The notes under the pieces were generated by a model, which made no database searches, was not told the DNA's origin, and saw only the letters and a list, made by a program, of their open reading frames with translations. This document shows, piece by piece, positions 17,237-26,007 of a DNA stretch of 32,000 nucleotides. The stretch covers positions 1,140,001 through 1,172,000 of the forward strand of contig NC_000964.3 of NCBI RefSeq assembly GCF_000009045.1, written 5' to 3'. Both the position numbers and the translations under genes were made by a program. Numbering within the stretch: position 1 is the first letter of the stretch; every line of letters begins with the position of its first letter. This DNA is from Bacillus subtilis subsp. subtilis str. 168 (GTDB lineage: Bacteria; Bacillota; Bacilli; Bacillales; Bacillaceae).

Positions 17237-19081
17237 ATGTGTGGAATTACGGGTTGGGTCGATTTTAAAAAGCAGCTCGTCCAGGAAAAACAAACGATGG
17301 ACAGAATGACAGACACTCTTTCCAAACGAGGGCCTGATGATTCAAACGTTTGGGGGGAGCACCATGTTTTATTCGGACATAAAAGACTTGCGGTTGTTGA
17401 TATTGAAGGCGGACGCCAGCCGATGGCGTGTACCTATAAAGGCGATACGTACACCATTATTTACAATGGCGAGCTTTATAACACGGAAGATTTGCGCAAA
17501 GAATTGCGGGCGCGGGGCCATCAATTCGAGCGTACGTCAGATACCGAGGTGCTTCTGCACAGCTACATCGAGTGGCAGGAAGACTGTGTCGACCATCTCA
17601 ATGGCATATTCGCTTTCGCTGTGTGGGATGAAAAGCGTAATCTGTTGTTTGCCGCGAGAGACCGTCTCGGTGTAAAGCCGTTTTTTTACACGAAGGAAGG
17701 CTCTTCATTTCTCTTCGGGTCGGAAATCAAAGCAATCCTCGCGCACCCTGATATAAAAGCGCGAGTGGACAGAACGGGACTTTCTGAAATTTTCGGTCTT
17801 GGACCGTCCAGAACCCCGGGCACTGGCATATTTAAAGGCATAAAAGAAATCCGCCCGGCTCACGCGCTGACATTTTCCAAAGACGGACTTAATATTTGGC
17901 GTTATTGGAATGTTGAAAGCGAAAAACATACGGACAGTTTTGATGACACGGTTGCCAATGTCAGATCGTTATTTCAGGACGCGGTGACGCGGCAGCTTGT
18001 GTCGGATGTGCCTGTTTGCACATTCCTATCAGGCGGTCTGGACTCAAGCGCGATTACAGCGATTGCGGCGGGCCATTTTGAAAAGGAAGGAAAAGCACCG
18101 CTTCATACTTATTCGATTGATTACGAAGAGAACGATAAATATTTTCAAGCAAGCGCTTTTCAGCCGAATGATGACGGACCATGGATTGAAAAAATGACAG
18201 AGGCTTTCGGCACAACGCACCACAAATGCGTCATCAGCCAAAAAGACCTCGTTGATCATTTGGAGGAAGCTGTACTGGTCAAAGACTTGCCGGGAATGGC
18301 AGATGTCGACTCATCCCTGCTGTGGTTTTGCCGGGAAATCAAAAAGGACTTTGTCGTCAGCCTATCGGGAGAATGCGCGGATGAGATTTTCGGCGGGTAC
18401 CCGTGGTTCCATACGGCAGATGTTGAGTCTGGCTTTCCATGGATGAGATCAACGGAGGAGCGGATCAAGCTGCTTTCTGACTCATGGCAGAAAAAATTGA
18501 ATCTGAAAGAATACGTAAATGCCAAATATGAAGAAACCTTGGCAGAAACGCCATTATTAGACGGAGAAACGGGTGTGGATAAAGCAAGAAGACAGCTGTT
18601 CTATTTAAATATGCTTTGGTTTATGACGAACCTTTTGGATCGGAAGGATCGCATGAGCATGGGGGCGAGCCTGGAAGTGCGGGTGCCGTTCGCCGATCAC
18701 CGGCTTGTGGAATATGTTTGGAATATTCCGTGGGAAATGAAAATGCATGATAATCGGGAAAAAGGCATTTTGCGCAAAGCGCTTGAGGGCATTTTGCCTG
18801 ATGACATTTTGTATCGCAAAAAAAGCCCATATCCGAAAACACATCATCCGGAATATACAAAAGGCGTCAGCGAGTGGCTGAAAACGATCAGAAGCCAAAA
18901 GGACTCCGTGCTCCATACCTTACTGGACAGAAAACAATTAGATCAGCTTTTAGAAACGGAAGGCTCCTCCTTCAAGGTCCCGTGGTTCGGGCAGCTCATG
19001 AAGGGGCCTCAGCTGATCGCCCATCTTGCTCAAATTCATACATGGTTTGAAGCGTATCGCATTGATATTGACGAGAGGTAG
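17237..19081 (+). CDS. asnO: Glutamine-hydrolysing asparagine synthetase paralog (sporulation-expressed)
   Basis: The N-terminal MCGITG gives the Ntn-glutaminase Cys2. The PP-loop FLSGGLDSS is present. 614 aa. Confidence 0.94.
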   Translation: MCGITGWVDFKKQLVQEKQTMDRMTDTLSKRGPDDSNVWGEHHVLFGHKRLAVVDIEGGRQPMACTYKGDTYTIIYNGELYNTEDLRKELRARGHQFERTSDTEVLLHSYIEWQEDCVDHLNGIFAFAVWDEKRNLLFAARDRLGVKPFFYTKEGSSFLFGSEIKAILAHPDIKARVDRTGLSEIFGLGPSRTPGTGIFKGIKEIRPAHALTFSKDGLNIWRYWNVESEKHTDSFDDTVANVRSLFQDAVTRQLVSDVPVCTFLSGGLDSSAITAIAAGHFEKEGKAPLHTYSIDYEENDKYFQASAFQPNDDGPWIEKMTEAFGTTHHKCVISQKDLVDHLEEAVLVKDLPGMADVDSSLLWFCREIKKDFVVSLSGECADEIFGGYPWFHTADVESGFPWMRSTEERIKLLSDSWQKKLNLKEYVNAKYEETLAETPLLDGETGVDKARRQLFYLNMLWFMTNLLDRKDRMSMGASLEVRVPFADHRLVEYVWNIPWEMKMHDNREKGILRKALEGILPDDILYRKKSPYPKTHHPEYTKGVSEWLKTIRSQKDSVLHTLLDRKQLDQLLETEGSSFKVPWFGQLMKGPQLIAHLAQIHTWFEAYRIDIDER

Positions 19082-19130
19082 GTTCAATACAAATGTGATT
19101 AAAAGCCAGAGATGTATAGATTTAAATAAG

Positions 19131-19176
19131 AAGGATAGATGAGCAGGGAAATATATGCTCTATCTATCCTTTTTTG
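19131..19176 (+). terminator. Intrinsic terminator after asnO
   Basis: Long stem AAGGATAGATGAGCA / loop / TGCTCTATCTATCCTT (one bulge), followed by TTTTT. Confidence 0.8.
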
Positions 19177-19210
19177 TACAACAGCACTATCGAATTGCCC
19201 CCGCATTCCT

Positions 19211-19687
19211 TCAATAAGAATGAATAGGTTTTAATGTTCTGCCGATAAAACTAGCTGATACCGGGCTTAACTTTAATTCCCTAGCCCATACAGAAAGTTG
19301 ACCAATATGGTGAATTTCGTGAGCGATGATATGGTGTAATATTTCATCTCGCGTATATAAAACACCTGTCTCCCAAGGAACGCTTACAAGTTCATCTTTT
19401 ATTTGATCTGAATGTGTTTGTAAAACATCAATTATTTCAGTTCGGAATGTATTTGAGAGAGATTTCACTTTATTGAGTGTTTGATAATCAGCGAACTGAA
19501 CAGCGATATCTTCTTTTCCTTGGATAGCACGAATCCAACTATATTCCACATCAATAATATGAAAAAGGGTATATAAAATATTCTCTACTCCGCCAAGACG
19601 ATTTTTAAGTAATTCTTCAGTGGTTAGTTGATGACACCAAGTAAACCATTGATCTCTAACCTGCCAGTTATATTCAAAAAATTTCAT
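19211..19687 (-). CDS. yizA: DinB-family (YfiT-like) putative metal-dependent protein
   Basis: The ATG at 19687 (MKFFEYNWQV...) has SD GGAGTGA about 9 nt upstream; the ORF-track start at 19720 has none. His-rich DinB motifs: LFHIIDVEYSW, ILHHIIAHEIHHIGQ. Confidence 0.85.
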   Translation of the reverse strand: MKFFEYNWQVRDQWFTWCHQLTTEELLKNRLGGVENILYTLFHIIDVEYSWIRAIQGKEDIAVQFADYQTLNKVKSLSNTFRTEIIDVLQTHSDQIKDELVSVPWETGVLYTRDEILHHIIAHEIHHIGQLSVWARELKLSPVSASFIGRTLKPIHSY

Positions 19688-19942
19688 CACTAAACTCACT
19701 CCAATACTATCATGTATCATAACAATTAGCCCTTTTTTCCGTGATTCCTCTATTAATGAAGTGATGATTGAGAAATGTTTACATTCTACCTGTTGTATGG
19801 CATTAAAAATAATAATGCATATCTCGTCGATGATGCTGTGCGTCTTGTTACTTTTACAAAGTAAGAATCGGCATTTTCTTCATATACAATTAGGAAAAAA
19901 CATACTAGACTTGAAGAAGCAGTGATACATAGGAGTGAGAAA

Positions 19943-20746
19943 ATGAAAGAGATAAAAGAAGCTTACCAGCAATGCGGACAGATTGTTGGCGAATACGCGC
20001 CAGCCTGTTTCAAAGCATTATCATATCTCCCGCTAAAGCAAAGACAAGCCTCTTGGGCAGTATTGTCGTTTTGCCACACGGCGGCCAGTGCAGACGAAAA
20101 GGTATTGCCCGCATTTGAAGCTAAAGCTGATCATGTTTACCAAAGGACAAATAACGGTAAACAACATCTATGGAAGGCTTTTGATCATGCGTATCGGACC
20201 TTTACATTGGAAAGCGAACCTTTTCGGGAGTTTATTGCCGCACAAAAAGAAGACGCCAAGCCGTATGATGACCTTGATGAACTGCTCATGTACGCATATC
20301 GGACGGGCGGTGCTGCCGGATTGATGCTGCTGCCGATACTGACACGCCGAAAACAAGATCAGCTCAAACAAGCAGCCGTCTCTCTCGGCTTGGCCATACA
20401 GCTGGTTCGCTTCTTAAGTGATCTTGGCACAGATCAGCAAAAAAACCGCATTCCCCGTCAGGTAATGCAGCAATTCGGCTATACAGAGGCTGATCTCCAA
20501 AAAGGCACCGTAAATAAAGCGTTCACAATGACGTGGGAGTATATCGCTTTTGAAGCAGAAGCCTACCTTGAAGAGTGTCAGGATGCCTTGCCGCTATTTC
20601 CGCAGTATTCTCAAAAAACGGTGAAAGCCGCTCTTCATTTGCACCGGGCTGTTTTAGAAAAAATCCGGGCGAAGCAGCACGATGTATTTCAATATCACTT
20701 CGCTCTCACAGAGACCGAAGTGAAGCAGATTCTGTCTGATATCTAA
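19943..20746 (+). CDS. yisP: Squalene/phytoene-synthase-fold protein (reported farnesyl diphosphate phosphatase)
   Basis: The ATG at 19943 follows SD AGGAGTGA (spacing about 5-7). The ORF-track GTG at 19922 lacks an SD. Family motifs: YLPLKQRQASWAVLSFC, YAYRTGGAAGLM, RFLSDLGTD. Confidence 0.9.
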   Translation: MKEIKEAYQQCGQIVGEYAPACFKALSYLPLKQRQASWAVLSFCHTAASADEKVLPAFEAKADHVYQRTNNGKQHLWKAFDHAYRTFTLESEPFREFIAAQKEDAKPYDDLDELLMYAYRTGGAAGLMLLPILTRRKQDQLKQAAVSLGLAIQLVRFLSDLGTDQQKNRIPRQVMQQFGYTEADLQKGTVNKAFTMTWEYIAFEAEAYLEECQDALPLFPQYSQKTVKAALHLHRAVLEKIRAKQHDVFQYHFALTETEVKQILSDI

Positions 20747-20778
20747 AAAACACCCGGCCTTGATTGAGCCGGGTGTTA
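20745..20778. terminator. Hairpin between convergent yisP and yisQ (a good terminator for yisQ, weak U-tract for yisP)
   Basis: AAAAAA-CACCCGGC (20751-20758) / loop / GCCGGGTG (20768-20775). The A-run supplies a U-tract only for the minus-strand transcript. Confidence 0.7.
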
Positions 20779-22143
20779 CGCCATACCTTTTTGAATCCAG
20801 ATACGTGAGCGCCATCTTCTGTACATTAAGATTCCCCGGACCCATTCATCCGCGATAAAAGAAATCCAAATGCCGGCAAGACCGAAACCGAGGTGGATGC
20901 CGAAAAGATAAGCAAGCGGGAGGCCAATGCCCCACATTGAAATCATTGCCATGTAAACCGGGAATTTCGCATCCCCCGCGGCCCGCAGAGAGTTAATGAT
21001 AATGACATTAAACGAGCGGCCTGGTTCAAGGATAATGGTCATGGCAATCAATAGGCTTGCAGTTGCTATAATGTCAGGGCTTTGTGTGAAGAGTCCGATC
21101 AGGTCTTTTGAAAAGATCGTCATCAAAACAGAGGTAGCCGCAGCAATTCCGAGTGCCCAATATAAGCTCTTCATGCAGCGCTCATAAGCGGCATCAAATT
21201 GTTTGCCGCCGATATAACGGCCGATTAAGATTTGTGTACCCTGGCTGATCGCAGTGCCGAACAGCAAAATAAACATCGTAATATTTTGCGTATACACTTT
21301 TGTTGTCAACGCCTGCGCGCCCATGATGGCGATAAAATACGTGACTATCATTTGCGACAGGTTGTATGAAAGCTGCTCTCCCGCAGAAGGAATGCCGATT
21401 TTCAGCAGCTTGCGCAAATGCTCTTTATGCATATGAAAGACTTTTTTCAGCGACATCTTCAGCTGGATGCGTTTGTTGACAATCACAATCATCGCGATTA
21501 ATCCGATGACGCGGGCGATAGATGTGGACATGGCCACACCGGCAACACCGAGAACAGGAAAGCCGAACAAACCGAAAATCACAACAAAGTTTCCGGCAAT
21601 GTTTAAAATGTTCATGCCGATAGTGACAAACATTGTATCTTTTGTGTAGCCGTAGCTTTTTAAGATCGCGCTGAATGTCATGATTAAAGCCTGAATAAAG
21701 GACAGACCTCCGACAACTTGTAAAAAGACTTTCGCATCAGGCATCAGTGCGTCTGATAATCCCATCATATGAAGCAGAGGGACAGCCGCGAAAAAGACGA
21801 CGGCGCTGATGGCCAGGCTGATGAAGAAGTTGGCGCCGATTGACACATAAGCGACTTCCATGGCTTCTTTCTTTTGCCGTGAGCCTAGAAATTGTGAAAT
21901 GATAACGGTCGTTCCTGTTGCGATAAAGCTGAACATCACGATAATTAAATTTAAAATCTGGTTGCTGACGCCGACTGCTGCCACGCTGTTATCCGAGTAT
22001 TGGCTGAGCATCAGTGTATCGGCATTACCCATAAACATATATAATGAGACCTCAATAAAGATCGGCCAAGTAAGCGAAAATAATGAGAACGTTTTGTCAG
22101 CGGGTTTTTTCAAAGCAGTTGATTTGAAGACAGCTTGTTTCAT
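20776..22143 (-). CDS. yisQ: MATE-family multidrug/toxic compound efflux transporter
   Basis: 455 aa with about 12 hydrophobic helices and a MATE-like duplicated architecture. SD AAAGGGG 9 nt upstream. Confidence 0.9.
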   Translation of the reverse strand: MKQAVFKSTALKKPADKTFSLFSLTWPIFIEVSLYMFMGNADTLMLSQYSDNSVAAVGVSNQILNLIIVMFSFIATGTTVIISQFLGSRQKKEAMEVAYVSIGANFFISLAISAVVFFAAVPLLHMMGLSDALMPDAKVFLQVVGGLSFIQALIMTFSAILKSYGYTKDTMFVTIGMNILNIAGNFVVIFGLFGFPVLGVAGVAMSTSIARVIGLIAMIVIVNKRIQLKMSLKKVFHMHKEHLRKLLKIGIPSAGEQLSYNLSQMIVTYFIAIMGAQALTTKVYTQNITMFILLFGTAISQGTQILIGRYIGGKQFDAAYERCMKSLYWALGIAAATSVLMTIFSKDLIGLFTQSPDIIATASLLIAMTIILEPGRSFNVIIINSLRAAGDAKFPVYMAMISMWGIGLPLAYLFGIHLGFGLAGIWISFIADEWVRGILMYRRWRSRIWIQKGMA

Positions 22144-22266
22144 CGTGTCTAACCCCTTTCGTAAATAAAATCAACGTTTTAAAGTGTACCTCCATTTCCT
22201 TATAATAAAAAGGGATAGAAACGATACTTCTTGTAAAAATCCGACTTAAAAAGGAGGATGATTCAA

Positions 22267-23130
22267 ATGCCTCGCATCCTGTTTACAGTCCCGCCTTTTC
22301 CGGTATTTATCGCAGCTGGGGAAGGGGTTTTTAAAAAAGGAGAAACCCATGTGAAACGTGTATTCTCCGTGTTTGATCTGATATATGTCAAACAGGGAAC
22401 GTTATATATAACGGAAAATGAAACATCGTTTTCTGTTGAAGGCGGCGAGTACATCTTGCTTTCTCCCGGTCTTGAACACTACGGGACGAAGGGCAGTGAT
22501 GAAGCAACCTCCTACTATTGGCTTCACTTCGATGAACATCGATATGAATTTACGGCAAAGGGAGGCAGCAACTGGTCTGAGCTTCAGCAGGAAAAAGGGA
22601 GCTTCGAAGAGCTGGCCCGCTACGGATTGGCCTTGCCGAGAAAAGGCAAGGTGCAGCGCCCGCAGTTTATGGCGCAGCAGTTTGAAAAGCTGATCGATTA
22701 CTCCGCGGAAAACTCTGATTTGCCGCTCAGAAAGCAAATTTTATTTGAGGAGCTGATGCTGCATCTTCAAAAAGAAGCGTTCCAAATACCGTCTGCGAAA
22801 GAGCGGGTAGCCTGGGAGGCGGCCCGGTATTTACAGGAGCACTATAAGGAAAAGACGACAATCAAGGATCTGTCGCTCGCCCTTCACTATCATCAGGATT
22901 ATGTGAGCCGCTGCATGCAGCAGGTGCTCGGCGTAACTCCGGCACAATACACGAACCGGGTGAGAATGACGGAAGCGAAGCGTCTTTTATCCTCTACAAA
23001 TGATAAAATGGGCGTTATTGCGGAAACGGTCGGAATGGAAGATCCGACATACTTTTCAAAACTCTTTAAGCAGATAGAAGGCATTTCACCAATTGAATAC
23101 CGGAAAATTGTCAGCCGGAAAGTTCAATAA
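22267..23130 (+). CDS. yisR: AraC-family transcriptional regulator (cupin-like N-domain plus dual HTH)
   Basis: The ATG at 22267 is 8 nt after AAAGGAGG. The ORF-track ATG at 22258 abuts the SD. C-terminal AraC HTH: TIKDLSLALHYHQDYVSRCMQQVLGVTPAQYTNRVRM..FSKLFKQIEGISPIEYRK. Confidence 0.9.
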   Translation: MPRILFTVPPFPVFIAAGEGVFKKGETHVKRVFSVFDLIYVKQGTLYITENETSFSVEGGEYILLSPGLEHYGTKGSDEATSYYWLHFDEHRYEFTAKGGSNWSELQQEKGSFEELARYGLALPRKGKVQRPQFMAQQFEKLIDYSAENSDLPLRKQILFEELMLHLQKEAFQIPSAKERVAWEAARYLQEHYKEKTTIKDLSLALHYHQDYVSRCMQQVLGVTPAQYTNRVRMTEAKRLLSSTNDKMGVIAETVGMEDPTYFSKLFKQIEGISPIEYRKIVSRKVQ

Positions 23131-23147
23131 CCAGACGAGGGATGAAC

Positions 23148-24161
23148 ATGAAAACAACAATTTACGATGTGGCAAAGGCGGCGGGTGTTTCGATCACAAC
23201 TGTGTCCCGTGTGATAAACAATACGGGGAGAATCAGCGATAAAACACGGCAGAAGGTCATGAATGTCATGAATGAAATGGCATACACGCCCAATGTCCAC
23301 GCCGCGGCGTTAACGGGAAAACGAACGAATATGATCGCTCTCGTGGCGCCTGATATTTCAAATCCGTTTTACGGCGAACTGGCCAAAAGCATTGAGGAAA
23401 GAGCGGATGAGCTCGGTTTTCAAATGTTGATTTGCAGCACCGATTACGATCCGAAAAAAGAAACAAAGTATTTTTCTGTGCTGAAACAGAAAAAGGTGGA
23501 TGGCATTATTTTTGCAACAGGGATTGAAAGCCATGACAGTATGTCTGCTTTGGAGGAAATCGCCAGTGAACAAATTCCGATTGCCATGATTTCTCAGGAT
23601 AAGCCGCTTCTTCCGATGGATATTGTTGTGATAGACGACGTTCGTGGCGGATATGAGGCTGCCAAGCATCTTCTGTCACTCGGCCACACGAACATCGCCT
23701 GCATTATCGGAGACGGGTCAACGACAGGCGAAAAAAATAGAATCAAAGGCTTCCGTCAGGCGATGGAGGAAGCGGGCGTGCCCATTGATGAATCACTTAT
23801 CATCCAGACGCGGTTTTCCTTGGAAAGCGGCAAGGAAGAAGCGGGAAAATTGCTCGACAGAAATGCTCCGACTGCTATTTTTGCCTTCAACGACGTATTG
23901 GCTTGTGCCGCCATACAAGCTGCGAGAATAAGAGGCATAAAAGTGCCGGATGATCTTTCTATCATTGGTTTTGATAATACGATACTCGCAGAAATGGCGG
24001 CTCCGCCCCTGACAACCGTAGCCCAGCCGATAAAAGAGATGGGGCGGAGCGTCATCGAACTGCTGGCAGAAGCAATAGAGGGAAAACGAAAGGCGAAACA
24101 AAAAATAGTGCTCCCGCCTGAGCTTGTAGTCAGACATTCTACATCACCGCTCAACACATGA
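23148..24161 (+). CDS. degA: LacI-family repressor DegA (renamed IolQ, repressor of iolX)
   Basis: The ATG at 23148 is 6 nt after GAGGG. N-terminal LacI HTH TIYDVAKAAGVSITTVSRVINN, followed by a periplasmic-binding-fold domain. It lies 17 nt downstream of yisR, so a likely operon. Confidence 0.92.
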   Translation: MKTTIYDVAKAAGVSITTVSRVINNTGRISDKTRQKVMNVMNEMAYTPNVHAAALTGKRTNMIALVAPDISNPFYGELAKSIEERADELGFQMLICSTDYDPKKETKYFSVLKQKKVDGIIFATGIESHDSMSALEEIASEQIPIAMISQDKPLLPMDIVVIDDVRGGYEAAKHLLSLGHTNIACIIGDGSTTGEKNRIKGFRQAMEEAGVPIDESLIIQTRFSLESGKEEAGKLLDRNAPTAIFAFNDVLACAAIQAARIRGIKVPDDLSIIGFDNTILAEMAAPPLTTVAQPIKEMGRSVIELLAEAIEGKRKAKQKIVLPPELVVRHSTSPLNT

Positions 24162-24185
24162 GCCCGCTAATGAGCGGGTTTTTTC
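24161..24185 (+). terminator. Intrinsic terminator after degA
   Basis: GCCCGCT-AATG-AGCGGGT followed by TTTTT. Confidence 0.8.
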
Positions 24186-24214
24186 ATTATGACAGTTGAA
24201 GCCAAAAAAACATA

Positions 24215-24243
24215 TTGCGTGTAAACCAAAGGCGGTGTAAAAT
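24215..24243 (+). promoter_or_regulatory. Candidate sigma-A promoter of iolX
   Basis: TTGCGT (24215-24220), a 17-nt spacer, then TAAAAT (24238-24243). Confidence 0.55.
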
Positions 24244-24257
24244 ATAACCATCTTTTG

Positions 24258-24275
24258 AGAAAGCGCTTGCGCAAA
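24258..24275 (+). promoter_or_regulatory. LacI-type operator-like 18-mer, copy 1 (candidate IolQ/DegA site)
   Basis: AGAAAGCGCTTGCGCAAA lies just downstream of the predicted -10. It is 15/18 identical to copy 2. Confidence 0.55.
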
Positions 24276-24316
24276 ATGGCAGAGCGGATAGAACCGCTGT
24301 TTTTTTAGCTGTTAAG

Positions 24317-24334
24317 AGAAAACGCTTTCTCAAA
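24317..24334 (+). promoter_or_regulatory. LacI-type operator-like 18-mer, copy 2 (candidate IolQ/DegA site)
   Basis: AGAAAACGCTTTCTCAAA contains the near-perfect palindrome GAGAAAACGCTTTCTC (24316-24331). It lies about 20 nt upstream of the iolX SD. Confidence 0.55.
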
Positions 24335-24369
24335 GCGAGCCCGAAATGAGATAAAGGAGAGGATGGGAC

Positions 24370-25398
24370 GTGGAACATCAAGTAAGATGTGCAGTATTGG
24401 GATTAGGAAGGCTCGGTTATTATCATGCGAAAAATCTCGTCACCAGTGTGCCGGGGGCAAAGCTGGTTTGTGTCGGTGATCCGTTAAAAGGGAGAGCGGA
24501 GCAGGTTGCCAGAGAACTCGGTATCGAAAAATGGTCAGAGGACCCGTATGAAGTGTTAGAAGATCCCGGCATTGATGCTGTCATTATCGTAACGCCGACA
24601 AGCACACATGGTGATATGATCATCAAAGCAGCCGAGAACGGCAAACAGATCTTTGTTGAAAAACCGCTGACATTAAGCCTTGAGGAATCAAAAGCAGCTT
24701 CTGAAAAAGTTAAGGAGACAGGTGTCATCTGCCAAGTCGGCTTTATGAGACGGTTCGATCCCGCATACGCAGATGCCAAACGGCGGATCGACGCTGGAGA
24801 AATCGGCAAACCTATCTATTATAAAGGCTTTACGCGCGACCAAGGCGCGCCTCCCGCAGAATTTATCAAACACAGCGGTGGAATTTTTATCGACTGTTCC
24901 ATCCATGACTATGATATTGCCCGTTATTTGCTAGGGGCGGAAATCACTTCTGTTTCAGGACACGGCAGGATTCTGAACAATCCGTTTATGGAGCAGTATG
25001 GCGATGTGGATCAGGCGCTGACGTATATTGAATTTGACTCGGGCGCAGCGGGGGACGTCGAGGCAAGCAGAACCTCTCCATACGGACATGACATCCGGGC
25101 GGAGGTGATCGGGACAGAGGGCAGTATTTTCATAGGGACATTGAGACATCAACATGTGACCATCCTATCGGCTAAAGGGAGCAGTTTTGATATCATTCCA
25201 GACTTTCAAACTCGTTTTCATGAAGCCTACTGCTTGGAGCTTCAGCATTTCGCCGAGTGTGTCCGGAATGGAAAAACACCGATTGTGACTGATATTGATG
25301 CGACGATCAATTTAGAAGTGGGTATCGCCGCAACCAATTCCTTTCGAAACGGCATGCCGGTACAGCTAGATGTGAAGCGCGCTTATACAGGTATGTAA
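24370..25398 (+). CDS. iolX: Gfo/Idh/MocA-family NAD-dependent scyllo-inositol dehydrogenase
   Basis: GTG start 7 nt after AGGAGAGG. Rossmann motif VRCAVLGLGRLGYYHAKN. EKP motif in IFVEKPLT. 342 aa. Formerly yisS. Confidence 0.92.
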   Translation: MEHQVRCAVLGLGRLGYYHAKNLVTSVPGAKLVCVGDPLKGRAEQVARELGIEKWSEDPYEVLEDPGIDAVIIVTPTSTHGDMIIKAAENGKQIFVEKPLTLSLEESKAASEKVKETGVICQVGFMRRFDPAYADAKRRIDAGEIGKPIYYKGFTRDQGAPPAEFIKHSGGIFIDCSIHDYDIARYLLGAEITSVSGHGRILNNPFMEQYGDVDQALTYIEFDSGAAGDVEASRTSPYGHDIRAEVIGTEGSIFIGTLRHQHVTILSAKGSSFDIIPDFQTRFHEAYCLELQHFAECVRNGKTPIVTDIDATINLEVGIAATNSFRNGMPVQLDVKRAYTGM

Positions 25399-25430
25399 AA
25401 GCTAAGTATGTTGCATTTGAGGCTTTCCGC

Positions 25431-25470
25431 AAAAAAAGCAAGGGCATTTTAGCCCTTGCTTTCTCTTTTC
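25431..25470. terminator. Bidirectional terminator shared by iolX (+) and yisT (-)
   Basis: AAAAAAA-GCAAGGGC (25438-25445) / ATTTTA / GCCCTTGC (25452-25459) -TTTCTCTTTT. The yisT stop lies in the loop. Confidence 0.8.
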
Positions 25471-25958
25471 TCATATAAATAGTACATATAATCAGTAGGT
25501 ACGCCTGAATGGTCCAGCTGTCTCAGCATGGCGGTTACGTTCCCTCTGTGGTAAGTGCCGTGATTGACGACATGCAGGATGGTGTCTGCATAGGTTGATT
25601 CCAGTGTACCTAGTTTCGGATGCTGCATTGTGAAGGTCTGTTCTAAGTCCGTCTGGCGGCTGAAGAAATCATGATACTGTGACTCCAGCTCGGCAGCGTG
25701 CTGTTTAATCGCTGCCATATTACCTTGCGCGGACTGTAATTTGCCTGCGCTGTCTATAATCTCTTGGTAGGCCACTCCCGAAAGAACATTCAGCCAAATG
25801 TAGTCAGCCCTGCACATATGAAGCAGCACGTCGCTGACAGAAGGAAATACGCTCTTTACTTCTTGATAGGCAGTTTCCTCCGGCAGGTTTTCGATATGGG
25901 TAAATATTTTCTTGTTTGCCCAAGAATGATAGTCATAAAACTGTTTTGCATCAGTCAT
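25449..25958 (-). CDS. yisT: DinB-family protein
   Basis: SD AAAGGGGG is 7 nt from the ATG at 25958 ([10 protein letters not shown]...). The ATG at 25964 is an in-frame alternative. The ORF-track start at 26033 would overlap yisU. DinB motifs: [24 protein letters not shown]. Confidence 0.85.
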
Positions 25959-26007
25959 CAGCATGCCCCCTTTTCTAAGAAATTCGTTTTTTTCATCTGT
26001 TTCTCCT

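Noticed and set aside
23756-24157. 133-aa and 114-aa minus-strand ORFs inside degA, and a 128-aa minus-strand ORF inside iolX (24423-24809).
   Set aside because: They are fully nested antisense to genes with clear family motifs. They have no SD or promoter signals, and their S/A/G-rich translations are typical of antisense frames.
24363-24369. An ATG at 24363 directly after the iolX SD as an alternative iolX start.
   Set aside because: It is out of frame with the dehydrogenase ORF and terminates after about 40 codons. The in-frame GTG at 24370 has proper 7-nt spacing and leads straight into the Rossmann GxGxxG motif.
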